A DNA stretch of 64,000 bases from an uncultured Clostridia bacterium (lineage in GTDB: Bacteria > CAYTYR01 > UBA6262), in NCBI GenBank assembly GCA_964441745.1, contig CAYTYR010000001.1, forward strand, positions 194,754-258,753, written 5' to 3'. Shown here piece by piece: positions 19,051 through 32,595 of the stretch (position 1 is the stretch's first letter; each line of letters starts with the position of its first letter). Made by a program: the position numbers and the translations under genes. Under the pieces are notes generated by a model. That model did not search any database and was not told where the DNA came from. It saw nothing but the letters and a program-made list of their open reading frames with translations.

Positions 19051-19356
19051 TTATTGTGATTCCTTGGCTTTCCGAGTCCAGTTGCCCCCGAGTTTTTGCC
19101 AATTACTAAAAGAATATTTTACGTCTCTAACCCCGCTAATCATTTTTATCATGCGGTCAACATTTTTTAAGGCCCCGATCACTTCAGCATCAATACTGGG
19201 GTCAACCTTTGTACCATTAAAGACCACTTTCCCGGAAACATGAACATTCCCGCTGGTGGCACTAATCTTAAGATGTTGGGTGTCTATCCCTTTTTTGACA
19301 AATTCAGCATTGGCTTTGACATTCAATTCCCAATCTTTAACTTTAGCTATAGGCAT
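19051..19356 (-). CDS. small protein, BON-domain-like
   Basis: GGAGG SD. DWELNVK...LKISATSGNVHVSG...ISGVRDV. Confidence 0.6.
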   Translation of the reverse strand: MPIAKVKDWELNVKANAEFVKKGIDTQHLKISATSGNVHVSGKVVFNGTKVDPSIDAEVIGALKNVDRMIKMISGVRDVKYSFSNWQKLGGNWTRKAKESQ

Positions 19357-19387
19357 GGATATCCTCCATGATCAGATTAACCGGAGA

Positions 19388-20662
19388 TTAAGGTTTATTT
19401 ATGACCGTCACTCCGTTAGTATATTTTTGTAATACTTCCGGTACGAGTACGCTGCCGTCTTTTTGCTGATAATTTTCCAAAATAGCGGCAAAAGCCCTGC
19501 CAATCGCTACTCCAGACCCATTCAGGGTATGGACAAATTGCAGCGTTTTGGTGTCATCACGATATTTTATATTCATCCGCCGGGCTTGATAATCAGTAAA
19601 ATTACTGCATGATGAGATTTCCCGATACCGGCTTTCCCCAGGCATCCATACTTCCAGGTCATAAGTCTTGGCGCTGGAAAAACCCAAGTCTCCGGAACAT
19701 AGGGCTACTACCCGATAGGGAATTTTTAGCATTTGCAGGACTTCTTCCGCGTCATGCGTCAAATCTTCCAATTCCTGGAATGAATTTTCCGGCTTAACGA
19801 ATTTAACCATCTCCACTTTATTAAATTGATGATTACGGATCAATCCCCTGGTGTCTTTGCCGTAGGAGCCAGCTTCCCGCCGGAAACAGGCCGTATAGCA
19901 AACATATTTCCTGGGTAAGAGAGCTGTGTCCAGTATTTCGTCGCGGTGCATATTGGTTACCGGCACTTCAGCCGTAGGAATAAGATATAATTCATCGTCC
20001 CGGCATTTAAATAATTCAGCTTCAAATTTAGGCAACTGCCCGGTACCTTGCATACTCTGCGGATTCACTAAAAAGGGAACCCATACTTCCTGGTACCCAT
20101 GCTTTTGGATATGTGTGTCCAGGAAGAAAGAGATAATTGCCCGTTCCAGCATTGCGCCGTGATTCTTAAGAATAGCAAATCTGGCGCCACTCAGCTTGGC
20201 TGCTGTCTTAAAATCCAGGATGTCTAGCGTTTCCCCGACATCAGTATGATCCCTGGCGATGAAATCAAAGTTTGGCTTGACACCCCATTCACGGATCACT
20301 TTATTGTCTTTTTCATCTTTCCCGCTGGGCACACTAGTATCTGGTAAATTAGGGATATTGAGCAACTCCTGGTTTATTTCTTCTTCCAGGACTTTAATTT
20401 CTGGATCTACTGCTTTAATCTCAGCCGACACGACTTGCATTTCCTGGATCAATTGGCTGGCATCCTGTTTTGCTTTTTTCAACACCGCGATCTCATCGCT
20501 GGCTTTGTTGCGCCTGGCTTTTAAGTCTTCAGCTTTAAGCAATAACGTTTTTCTTTGTTTGTCTTTGTCCAATAATCCCTGCAAACTGTACTTTGGACCA
20601 CGTTTGGATAGCTCTGTTTGTATTAACGCTGCGTTTTCCCTGATCTTCTTAATATCCAGCAT
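19388..20662 (-). CDS. serS: seryl-tRNA synthetase
   Basis: MLDIK, LIPTAEVP, FRREAG, HQFNKVE, EISSCSN, HTLNGSG. Confidence 0.98.
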   Translation of the reverse strand: MLDIKKIRENAALIQTELSKRGPKYSLQGLLDKDKQRKTLLLKAEDLKARRNKASDEIAVLKKAKQDASQLIQEMQVVSAEIKAVDPEIKVLEEEINQELLNIPNLPDTSVPSGKDEKDNKVIREWGVKPNFDFIARDHTDVGETLDILDFKTAAKLSGARFAILKNHGAMLERAIISFFLDTHIQKHGYQEVWVPFLVNPQSMQGTGQLPKFEAELFKCRDDELYLIPTAEVPVTNMHRDEILDTALLPRKYVCYTACFRREAGSYGKDTRGLIRNHQFNKVEMVKFVKPENSFQELEDLTHDAEEVLQMLKIPYRVVALCSGDLGFSSAKTYDLEVWMPGESRYREISSCSNFTDYQARRMNIKYRDDTKTLQFVHTLNGSGVAIGRAFAAILENYQQKDGSVLVPEVLQKYTNGVTVINKP

Positions 20663-20680
20663 CTGTATCGCTCTTTTCTG

Positions 20681-21127
20681 TTAGGTGATAAATTTTAATT
20701 CGGTATGCCATACTAATGGCCCATTTACTTCTGTGGCCATTTTTTTTATTTTCACATTTTGAAAAGCTACCCGCTTAATGCTGCCTTTCTTGCGATGCTT
20801 GTTCCGGTTATAATTCTCGCCGGATAATTCCGCTTTCAGATGAAGCGGGTCAAAAGAAAGAATTTGCACAGAGGCAATCGCCTTTTCTCGTTCATTGATC
20901 TGTTTTAAAATCTCGTTCAAGAAGTTAACCAGCAACTCTTCCTTGGAAGCGCCTTGCACACTGATCTTTATCTTCTCAAGTTCTCTTATCTCGAGGACAT
21001 TAAACATCATTTTCAGCATGCCTTGGGCAGCATAGTCAAATATTTGCTGTTGTTCATCAGCGTTTATCTTTAAACCAATCGTACCAAATTCCTTATATTG
21101 ATCAAATGGTTCAAACTTTTTTATCAT
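20681..21127 (-). CDS. archease-like protein (degenerate motifs)
   Basis: IGLKINA...[28 protein letters not shown]...IKRV match the archease layout. Start placed at MIKKF. Confidence 0.65.
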   Translation of the reverse strand: MIKKFEPFDQYKEFGTIGLKINADEQQQIFDYAAQGMLKMMFNVLEIRELEKIKISVQGASKEELLVNFLNEILKQINEREKAIASVQILSFDPLHLKAELSGENYNRNKHRKKGSIKRVAFQNVKIKKMATEVNGPLVWHTELKFIT

Positions 21128-23594
21128 CCTGGTTATCCTGTTCATCCTTAAGCGTTTCATCTTCATGAATAAGCCGGGCAATGGACACGAGCTTATCGCC
21201 TTCTTGCAGCCTGATCAGCCGGACCCCTTGGGTATTTCGGCCCATAGTGCCAATGGATTTAACTGGCTGGCGGTTGACCACGCCCTTCTGGGTAATCAGC
21301 ATAATATCGTCATTATCGGTCACGCGTTTAATAGCGATCACCTGCCCATTACGCTGGTTAGCCTTAATATTGATAACGCCTTTGCCGCCTCGGCTCTGGG
21401 TCCGGTATTCTTTGACCTTGGTTTTCTTGCCATAACCGTTTTCCGTTGCTACCAGGATGATCTCTTCCTTTTTGACAACTTCCATCCCAACCACTTGGTC
21501 TTCCGGGCGCAGCTCAATGCCGCGCACTCCTTTTCCCACCCGGCCGATGGGCCGTACTCCTTTTTCTTCAAAATGGATGGCCAGGCCGTTGCGGGTGCCA
21601 ATTATTATTTCCTGTGATCCATCCGTCATTTTGACGCCCATCAATTCATCATTATCGTCCAGGTTAATGGCGATGATCCCGCCGGCCCGCGGATTACTAT
21701 ACTCGCTCAGAGGTGTCTTTTTCACTACTCCTCTTTTGGTGATCATAATAAGGTGCTGGTTTTCTTTATTAAAATCATGAATGGTGATAGCCGCTGTTAC
21801 CATTTCATCCGGTTTATATAATTTAACCAAATTGACGATGGCTTTCCCTTTCGCCACTCGTCCGCCCTCCGGGATTTCATATACTTTGATCCAATATACC
21901 CGTCCAATATTGCTAAAGAGCAGCATATAGTCATGGGTGGAGGTGACAAAAACATCTTCAATAAAGTCATCCTCCCGCGTAGTGACTCCGGTCACGCCTT
22001 TACCGCCCCGGTTTTGGGAATGATAAGTAGAGGCCGGGATCCTTTTGACATAGCCGGCGTTAGAAATCGTCACCACTACGGATTCCTCTTCGATCAGGTC
22101 TTCCATCGACAGGTCTTCTGCTTCCTGGCTGATGATCTTGGTACGGCGTTTATCATCATATTTTTCTTTAATCTGCAGCAATTCTTCCTTGATCAAGGCT
22201 AAGACTTTTTTAGGATCAGCCAGTATCGCTTTTAGCCGCTCGATCGTTTTGAGTAATTCCAGGTATTCCCGTTCCAGCTTTTCCAATTCCAATCCGGTTA
22301 ATTGCTGTAACCGCATATCTAAAATTGCCTGGGCTTGTATCTTGGACAAGCCAAAATTCTCCATTAAGGCCAGGCGCGCGGCATCTACATCTTTTGATTC
22401 TTTAATGGTTTTAACTACTTTATTGATATTGTCAACAGCGATCTTCAATCCTTCCAGGATATGAGCCCTGGCTTCAGCTTTGGCCAAATCAAACTTGGTT
22501 CGCCGAATTGTGATTTCCTGCCGGTGTTTCAGATAGAGCGACAGCATTTCCCTTAAGTTTAGCACCCGCGGCCGGTTGTTGACCAGCGCCAGCATGATGA
22601 TACCAAAAGATGTTTGCATCTGGGTGTGCTTCATGAGCTGGTTGATGACCAATTCAGTATTCGTGTCTCGTTTGAGCTCGATCACTACCCGGATACCTTC
22701 ACGGTCAGATTCGTCACGCAAGTCAGTGATGCCTTCAATCCTTTTTTCCTTAACCAGATCGGCAATACTTTCTAAAAGGCTGGCTTTGTTTACCTGGTAG
22801 GGCAGCTCTTTAATAATGATCGCCTCTTTGCCGCTGCCGATGGCTTCTGTTTCTACGACCGACTGCAGCATAATTGAGCCACGGCCAGTCAGATACGCAT
22901 CCCGGATACCGCTTTTGCCGCGAATGGTGGCTGCGGTCGGGAAATCCGGGCCTTTGATGAATTTCATCAGATCTTTGATCTCCGCGGTCGGGGTATCGAT
23001 TAAATAAACCAGCGCATCAATAACTTCGCCCAGGTTATGCGGCGGGATATTCGTCGCCATACCAACAGCTATACCGCTGGACCCATTGACCAGGAGATTG
23101 GGGAAAGCGGCTGGCAAGACAGTCGGTTCTTCCCGGTAATTATCAAAGGTTGGAATAAAATCAACAGTGTTTCTATCAATATCTTTTAACAGTTCTTCAG
23201 CCAGGGCTTCCATCCGGACTTCTGTATAACGATAGGCGGCCGCCGGGTCGCCATCGATTGAACCAAAGTTTCCCTGGCCATCTATTAATGGATGCCGCAG
23301 AGAAAATTCCTGCACCATTCTGACAATACTGTCATAGACGGACGCATCACCATGCGGATGGTATTTACCCAGCACATCACCAACCACGGTTGCGCTTTTA
23401 CGATAAGCTTTATTATGTACTAATCCCAATTCTTTCATCGCATATAATATACGGCGATGTACCGGCTTGAGCCCATCGCGGACGTCCGGCAAAGCACGGC
23501 CAACTATTACGCTCATCGCATAATCTATATAAGAGCCCTTCATTTCCTCTTCAATATTGCGGGGTATAATATTATCTTTAATTACTTCGGCCAT
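21111..23594 (-). CDS. gyrA: DNA gyrase subunit A
   Basis: [25 protein letters not shown], GyrA-box QNRGGKG. Confidence 0.98.
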   Translation of the reverse strand: MAEVIKDNIIPRNIEEEMKGSYIDYAMSVIVGRALPDVRDGLKPVHRRILYAMKELGLVHNKAYRKSATVVGDVLGKYHPHGDASVYDSIVRMVQEFSLRHPLIDGQGNFGSIDGDPAAAYRYTEVRMEALAEELLKDIDRNTVDFIPTFDNYREEPTVLPAAFPNLLVNGSSGIAVGMATNIPPHNLGEVIDALVYLIDTPTAEIKDLMKFIKGPDFPTAATIRGKSGIRDAYLTGRGSIMLQSVVETEAIGSGKEAIIIKELPYQVNKASLLESIADLVKEKRIEGITDLRDESDREGIRVVIELKRDTNTELVINQLMKHTQMQTSFGIIMLALVNNRPRVLNLREMLSLYLKHRQEITIRRTKFDLAKAEARAHILEGLKIAVDNINKVVKTIKESKDVDAARLALMENFGLSKIQAQAILDMRLQQLTGLELEKLEREYLELLKTIERLKAILADPKKVLALIKEELLQIKEKYDDKRRTKIISQEAEDLSMEDLIEEESVVVTISNAGYVKRIPASTYHSQNRGGKGVTGVTTREDDFIEDVFVTSTHDYMLLFSNIGRVYWIKVYEIPEGGRVAKGKAIVNLVKLYKPDEMVTAAITIHDFNKENQHLIMITKRGVVKKTPLSEYSNPRAGGIIAINLDDNDELMGVKMTDGSQEIIIGTRNGLAIHFEEKGVRPIGRVGKGVRGIELRPEDQVVGMEVVKKEEIILVATENGYGKKTKVKEYRTQSRGGKGVINIKANQRNGQVIAIKRVTDNDDIMLITQKGVVNRQPVKSIGTMGRNTQGVRLIRLQEGDKLVSIARLIHEDETLKDEQDNQDDKKV

Positions 23595-23630
23595 TATTCT
23601 AAACTCCTAGGGTAAAATTATATCGCTATG

Positions 23631-27440
<3,810 letters not shown>

Positions 27441-27464
27441 TTATGCCCTTAAGATTATATATTA

Positions 27465-27767
27465 TTAGCTGATATCGCCAATTTTTGCAATAATTTCTTT
27501 GATTAGGGGTTTTTTGATCTTTTTATTAAATTCTGTTTTAATTTCCGGTTTAAGCAAACTGACTTGCTGCAGCCAGGCGGAAGAATCAACCTTGATTTCC
27601 AGCCGGCCAGCGATCAGTTTGTCCAAGCGGGCATGCTTGGCTGCCTGGCTGAATTTTTTTTCCCAGAAGGCAGCCAACACTTGCCGTTCTTCCAGGCCAT
27701 TCATAAAAAAGATATCTTTAATGGCTTCTGGCAATGGCTTAAAATTTTTTAGGCTTCTTTTATTCAT
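27465..27767 (-). CDS. DUF721/DciA-family protein
   Basis: W...A.HAR, LEIKVDSSAWLQQV. Lies between recF and gyrB. Confidence 0.8.
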   Translation of the reverse strand: MNKRSLKNFKPLPEAIKDIFFMNGLEERQVLAAFWEKKFSQAAKHARLDKLIAGRLEIKVDSSAWLQQVSLLKPEIKTEFNKKIKKPLIKEIIAKIGDIS

Positions 27768-28870
27768 TCTGTCCTGGAGCAGGTGTTATTATGCACTTGG
27801 TATATCGCCCTGGGGGCGGTAATATTCTTGATCCGTTCCTGGTCTGTCGCCGCTAAAAAAACCTGCTCCTGGCCTCGTAAATATTGGACCATCTGCTCTT
27901 GCGTTTGGGCGTCTATCTCGGCAAAAATATCATCCCCAAGAATGAGCGGGCGCTGTTTTTGTTCTTGTTCAATGATCGCGGCTTGGCTTAATCTTAATAT
28001 ATACGCGGTAAGCGTTTGTTCTCCTTGCGACCCGAAGAGACGCAGCTGCTTGGCTCCGTCTCCTTTGTCCATGCTTACTTCGAGATCATCACGTTGCGGC
28101 CCGATCAAGGTCCGGGCTTGTTTAATTTCTTCCTGCTGGATCATGAGCCATACCTTAGGCCAATTTTTCTCTTCCACCGGGCAATTTGTTTTATACTCCA
28201 GGTTTATTTTCCTGTTTGGTTCCTGGCATAAGGCTTGCCATACTTGATTGGCCGTTTTTTGCAGAATGGTAATAATCTGCCGCCGCTTACCGGTAAGATA
28301 GTCAGCTTCTGCCTGTAACTGCTGGTTCCAAATATCCAAACTATCCGGTTTTTGCCGCTCATCCCTGATTTGCTTCAGGATTTCGTTCCGGGATAATATA
28401 ATTCTCTTTAGTTTCAGCAGACGATAGCTGTATTCCGCTTCTAGCTGTATCAGTAATTGATTAAGAAAACTTCTTCTTAATACTGGTTCGCCACTGATCA
28501 GTTCCCCGTCTTTACTGGACAGCATCACTGCCGGAGCAATGGTCCTGAGCCCCCCAGGAGAAGAAATAAATTTCTTATTAACCTGTATTTTTTTTTCCTG
28601 ATCCTTGGCCAGCCTGATGCCGATCTGCTGTGTGCCGATAGGATTAATAATTTCCGCGGTAATATATCCTTCAGGCTGTCCCCAGCGGATCATTTCCTGT
28701 TCATCAAAAACCCGCAAAGATCGTCCTAAATGCAGGAAAAAAATAGCTTCCAGTAAATTACTTTTGCCAGCGGCATTAGCCCCGAGAATTATATTGAGCC
28801 CTGGCTGAAAATCAATCTTGAAATCAGAGTAGTTCCTGATCTCGCGCAACTCTAGTGTTTTTAGATACAT
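27764..28870 (-). CDS. recF: DNA replication/repair protein RecF
   Basis: GANAAGKSNLLEAI, GPQRDD, GSQGEQ, DDIFAEID. Confidence 0.95.
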   Translation of the reverse strand: MYLKTLELREIRNYSDFKIDFQPGLNIILGANAAGKSNLLEAIFFLHLGRSLRVFDEQEMIRWGQPEGYITAEIINPIGTQQIGIRLAKDQEKKIQVNKKFISSPGGLRTIAPAVMLSSKDGELISGEPVLRRSFLNQLLIQLEAEYSYRLLKLKRIILSRNEILKQIRDERQKPDSLDIWNQQLQAEADYLTGKRRQIITILQKTANQVWQALCQEPNRKINLEYKTNCPVEEKNWPKVWLMIQQEEIKQARTLIGPQRDDLEVSMDKGDGAKQLRLFGSQGEQTLTAYILRLSQAAIIEQEQKQRPLILGDDIFAEIDAQTQEQMVQYLRGQEQVFLAATDQERIKNITAPRAIYQVHNNTCSRTE

Positions 28871-28874
28871 GGCC

Positions 28875-29984
28875 CTACAGCCGCATAGGCATAATTACAT
28901 ACAAGTATTCTTCATCGCTTTGTGGCTTGATCACTCCCGGACTCATTGGATTGCTTAGCTCCAGGATAATATTGGGAGTAGCCAGATTTTTTAGCGCTTC
29001 TATTAAATATTTGGGGTTGTAGGCGACTTCAAATTTGTTGCCAGTATACTCTATCTCTAGCTCTTCCTGCGCTTCGCCTAGCCCTTGAGCCATACCGGAA
29101 ATAATCGCTTTGTTGTTGGCCAACTCCAGCTTAATAGATTCGGCTTTTTCTGAGGCGACCAAAGACATTCTTTTAATCGCGCTTAAGAACTTAGCTGTGT
29201 CCAGAATCAGGTCCAACGAATGTTCTTTGGGAATAACTTGTTTATAATTGGGAAATTTCCCTTCAATTAGCCGTGATACCAGCGTAGTAGCGCCAACCTT
29301 GTACGATATCTGGTTTTCAGTAAGCTCGATCTTGACTATCTTTTTATCATCATCATCACCGATTAAGCGGTTAATTTCCCGTAAGGCTTTTGACGGAATA
29401 ATTACGTCTAATTTATTTTTTGTTCCCTTACTAATTTTCCCGCCATTGATATAGGCTAATCTCCGGCCGTCAGTTGCTATCATCTCGAGGTTATTATTAG
29501 ATGTTTGCAGTAAGACTCCGGTTAAAACATACCTGGTTTCATCATTAGAAATAGCGAATATTGTTTTCTGGATCATGTTTTTCAGGGTACCCATTGGCGC
29601 TTCAAAAGCATTTTCTTCCTTAAAATCAGGAATTATCGGGAATTCGTCTTTAGGTAACCCCATAATCTTATAAACAATCTTGCCACAAGTGAGAATAACT
29701 TTATATTCTGGGGTCACTTCTAATTGTACATCTTGGCTTGGTAATTCACGGACAATATCAAAAAGCATCTTAGCTGGCAGGGTGATTGATCCTTCTTTGA
29801 TTATTTCTGTCGCTATCTCTGTTTTTATTCCCACTTCCAAGTCTGTGGCGGCTAGTTTTAGTTTATCTTTTTGTGTCTCCAGGAGAATATTAGCTAATAC
29901 CGGCAAGCTTACCCGATTGGAAATAATTGACTGGACGCTTTGTACTCCTTTGAGTAATTCAGCTTGGGAACAAACGATTTTCAT
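28875..29984 (-). CDS. dnaN: DNA polymerase III beta clamp
   Basis: ATDLE, ETRYVLTG, ATDGRRL, VIMPMRL. AAGGAGG SD. Confidence 0.97.
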   Translation of the reverse strand: MKIVCSQAELLKGVQSVQSIISNRVSLPVLANILLETQKDKLKLAATDLEVGIKTEIATEIIKEGSITLPAKMLFDIVRELPSQDVQLEVTPEYKVILTCGKIVYKIMGLPKDEFPIIPDFKEENAFEAPMGTLKNMIQKTIFAISNDETRYVLTGVLLQTSNNNLEMIATDGRRLAYINGGKISKGTKNKLDVIIPSKALREINRLIGDDDDKKIVKIELTENQISYKVGATTLVSRLIEGKFPNYKQVIPKEHSLDLILDTAKFLSAIKRMSLVASEKAESIKLELANNKAIISGMAQGLGEAQEELEIEYTGNKFEVAYNPKYLIEALKNLATPNIILELSNPMSPGVIKPQSDEEYLYVIMPMRL

Positions 29985-29987
29985 CAC

Positions 29988-30199
29988 TTCCTCCTTTTAT
30001 ATATTATAATAGTAGTAATTTATCTATTTAAAACAACAACAATATTAATAATAAGGCAAAGAATATGTGTATAATAGCATAAAACATTGATAGCGCAAGT
30101 AAATAATGAACTAATAAGATGTGTACAAAAGAGAATGTTATAAACACTACTAACAATAAACACCGGGAAAAATAAATATGCACAAAAAAAGCAAGTTAC
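29988..30199. other. oriC unwinding region (dnaA-dnaN intergenic)
   Basis: Very AT-rich. Minus-strand DnaA box TTATACACA (30066-30074) followed by TTA/TTG/CTA triplet runs. Confidence 0.75.
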
Positions 30200-31570
30200 T
30201 CAGAGCTTATTCTTTAATTCCATGATAATTTTGTTAATTAAAGCGGCAAAAAACGGATCCACATTCATTTTCTTGCTTATTTTTTCACAAGCATACATTA
30301 CCGTAGTATGATCCCGCCCGCCAAAAGCGGCGCCGATCTCCGGTAGAGAATATTCGGTCAATGAGCGGGAAAGGTACATCGCGATCTGGCGCGGAAAAGC
30401 GATAGCATCAGTTCTTTTTTTGCTTTGCATATCCTTAAAATCAATATGAAAGTGCTTCGCCACCGCTTCCTGAATCTGCCGCATGGTGATGTTCGGCTCA
30501 ACATCTTTGGTGGGCAACAGATCTTTTAAGATCTCTTCTGCGAGCTCCAAAGTGACTCGTTTGCCGGTTAAGGAAGAAAAAGCCACGACCCGGATCAAAG
30601 CGCCTTCCAACTCCCGGATATTAGCTTTGATCTTATTAGCAATAAACAGCATAACTTCTTCCGGAGCGTTTATTTTTTCCAGTTCAGCCTTACGCCGTAA
30701 AATAGCGATCCTGGTCTCCAGGTCCGGCGGCTGGATGTCTGTCACCAAGCCCCATTCAAAGCGGGTAGTCAACCGTTCTTCTAATGCCGGTATTTCCTTA
30801 GGCGGCCGGTCACTGGAAAAGATCAACTGCTTATGATTATCATATAAAGCGTTAAAAGTATGGAAAAACCCTTCCTGTGAACTGCCCTTTCCGCCAAAAA
30901 ACTGGACATCATCTACCAAAAGCACATCAACGTGGCGATATTTATTCCGGAACTCTCCAGGCTTGGAAAAACGGATGGAATCAATAAACTCGTTCACAAA
31001 GCGTTCGCTAGTCACATATAATAAACGCAGCTGCGGATAGGTTGCTTTGATATAATGGCCTATAGCATGTAAAAGGTGAGTTTTCCCCAGCCCCACCCCT
31101 CCATAGATAAAGAAAGGATTATAGGCTTTGCCTGGTTCTTTAGCCACAGCCTGGGCTGCCGCTTGGGCAAAACGGTTACTCGGGCCGATCACAAAACTAT
31201 CGAAGGTATATTTAGGATTAAAAAACACGTCAGCAAAGGTAGACTCTGGAGTAGTCACGGGGATAGGCTCGATCTCTTCTTTGGTGATCTGCGTAGCAGG
31301 CTCTTTAAAGGCTGGAGATAATAAAAAATTAAGAGAAATTTGAGCGTCGCCATTTTCATGGTGTTTAACAAAGAAATCTATGACCGGGCGCGATAAATGC
31401 TCTATCCACCACTCCTGGAAAAAACGGTTTGGAACCTCCAGGGTTAGTGTGTTGGCATCAAACCCCACAAATTTAACAGGTTTTACCCACAGGTCAAAAG
31501 TTTCTTCTTCCAGGGTTGTTTTAATTTGATTAAGGGTTAATTCCCAAGATTCTAAAGGATTTTTCAGCAT
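30200..31570 (-). CDS. dnaA: chromosomal replication initiator
   Basis: YGGVGLGKTHL, LLVDDVQF, NIRELEGAL, FGGRDHTTV. Start moved to ATG 31570. Confidence 0.98.
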   Translation of the reverse strand: MLKNPLESWELTLNQIKTTLEEETFDLWVKPVKFVGFDANTLTLEVPNRFFQEWWIEHLSRPVIDFFVKHHENGDAQISLNFLLSPAFKEPATQITKEEIEPIPVTTPESTFADVFFNPKYTFDSFVIGPSNRFAQAAAQAVAKEPGKAYNPFFIYGGVGLGKTHLLHAIGHYIKATYPQLRLLYVTSERFVNEFIDSIRFSKPGEFRNKYRHVDVLLVDDVQFFGGKGSSQEGFFHTFNALYDNHKQLIFSSDRPPKEIPALEERLTTRFEWGLVTDIQPPDLETRIAILRRKAELEKINAPEEVMLFIANKIKANIRELEGALIRVVAFSSLTGKRVTLELAEEILKDLLPTKDVEPNITMRQIQEAVAKHFHIDFKDMQSKKRTDAIAFPRQIAMYLSRSLTEYSLPEIGAAFGGRDHTTVMYACEKISKKMNVDPFFAALINKIIMELKNKL

Positions 31571-31593
31571 AAAGTAAGTCTCTATAAAAAAGG

Positions 31594-31625
31594 TTATCCA
31601 CATAATTATTCACAAATGTGGATAA
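31594..31625. promoter_or_regulatory. three DnaA boxes upstream of dnaA
   Basis: TTATCCACA 31594-31602, TTATTCACA 31606-31614, TGTGGATAA 31617-31625. Confidence 0.9.
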
Positions 31626-31779
31626 GTGTTATTTCCTATTGCTAAATATTCAAAAATACAGTACCAGCAGAAGGAACGACCCCTAGTATTTTTGCTTTAT
31701 TTTTAGGATGGAGTTATTCTACTAAAAAAAGCAAAATAAGTCAAGTGAAAAATGCAGGACACAATACGCTATTTTAATC

Positions 31780-31809
31780 TTGACAGGCAGCGGAAGAATA
31801 TAGTATAAT
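31780..31809 (+). promoter_or_regulatory. rpmH operon promoter
   Basis: TTGACA-18-TATAAT. Confidence 0.7.
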
Positions 31810-31848
31810 CAGTACTCAATATAATAAACAACACTTCGAGGAGGAACA

Positions 31849-31983
31849 ATGCTGCCGACATTTCGACCCAATAAGCGCAAAAGAAAAAAAACCCACGGAT
31901 TTAGAAAAAGAATGAAAACCCGTGGCGGACGTAGGGTACTCAAGGCTCGCCAGGCTAAAGGGCGCAAAAGAATAGCTGTTTAA
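31849..31983 (+). CDS. rpmH: 50S ribosomal protein L34 (not in ORF track)
   Basis: [44 protein letters not shown] with GAGGAGG SD. Confidence 0.97.
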   Translation: MLPTFRPNKRKRKKTHGFRKRMKTRGGRRVLKARQAKGRKRIAV

Positions 31984-31984
31984 A

Positions 31985-32362
31985 ATGATAGAGAGCTTAA
32001 GCTTAGGACTGGAACGGCAGGAGAAAATCAAAAAGAAACAAGACTTCAAAACCGTCTTTGCCGCAGGAAAGCGATATAGCAATAGCTTGATTAGTATCGT
32101 TTTTAACAGCCAACCGGTAATTCCGGGGAAGAGTTCTTCCCGGGGCCGCAGGTTGGGTGTTATGGTTTCACGAAAAGTAGGCAATGCCGTGCAGAGAAAC
32201 CGGCTGAAACGATATACGCGGGAAATATTCAGGCTGCACAAGCAAGATTTTAAAAAGCCAGTAGATCTTGTGGTGATTCTGAAGCCCGCGGCCAGGGACG
32301 TGACGCGAGACATTTTTCAAACAGGATTCCTTGAATTATGCAAAAAAGCGCGCCTGCTATAA
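31985..32362 (+). CDS. rnpA: RNase P protein component
   Basis: RLGVMVSRKVGNAVQRNRLKR. Confidence 0.95.
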   Translation: MIESLSLGLERQEKIKKKQDFKTVFAAGKRYSNSLISIVFNSQPVIPGKSSSRGRRLGVMVSRKVGNAVQRNRLKRYTREIFRLHKQDFKKPVDLVVILKPAARDVTRDIFQTGFLELCKKARLL

Positions 32363-32366
32363 TATA

Positions 32367-32579
32367 ATGATACTCAATAAACTAGTTATTGGCATAATAA
32401 AAACCTATCAAATGGGTTCTAAGCACTTTCCTCGAGTATGCCGGTTCACCCCTTCCTGTTCCCAATATTGCCTGGAGGCGGTGGAAAAGTACGGTCTCGC
32501 TCGAGGTCTTTTTTTAGGCTTGAAAAGAATACTGAAGTGTCATCCGTTCCATCCCGGCGGACATGACCCTATCCCATAA
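32367..32579 (+). CDS. yidD: membrane protein insertion efficiency factor
   Basis: CRFTPSCSQY, RILKCHPFHPGGHDP. Confidence 0.92.
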   Translation: MILNKLVIGIIKTYQMGSKHFPRVCRFTPSCSQYCLEAVEKYGLARGLFLGLKRILKCHPFHPGGHDPIP

Positions 32580-32595
32580 ATAAAGGAAAAACTGC

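Noticed and set aside
18589-19109. Short ORFs over tRNA-Ser(UGA), and likewise at 62316-63360
   Set aside because: They overlap tRNA genes and repeats.
31571-31603. DnaA start MWITFF
   Set aside because: It is the translation of a DnaA box; homology-like sequence begins at MLKN (31570).
31816-32313. 165-aa minus-strand ORF and the many other short antisense ORFs in the track
   Set aside because: They are shadows of well-supported genes (here rpmH/rnpA) with no recognisable motifs.
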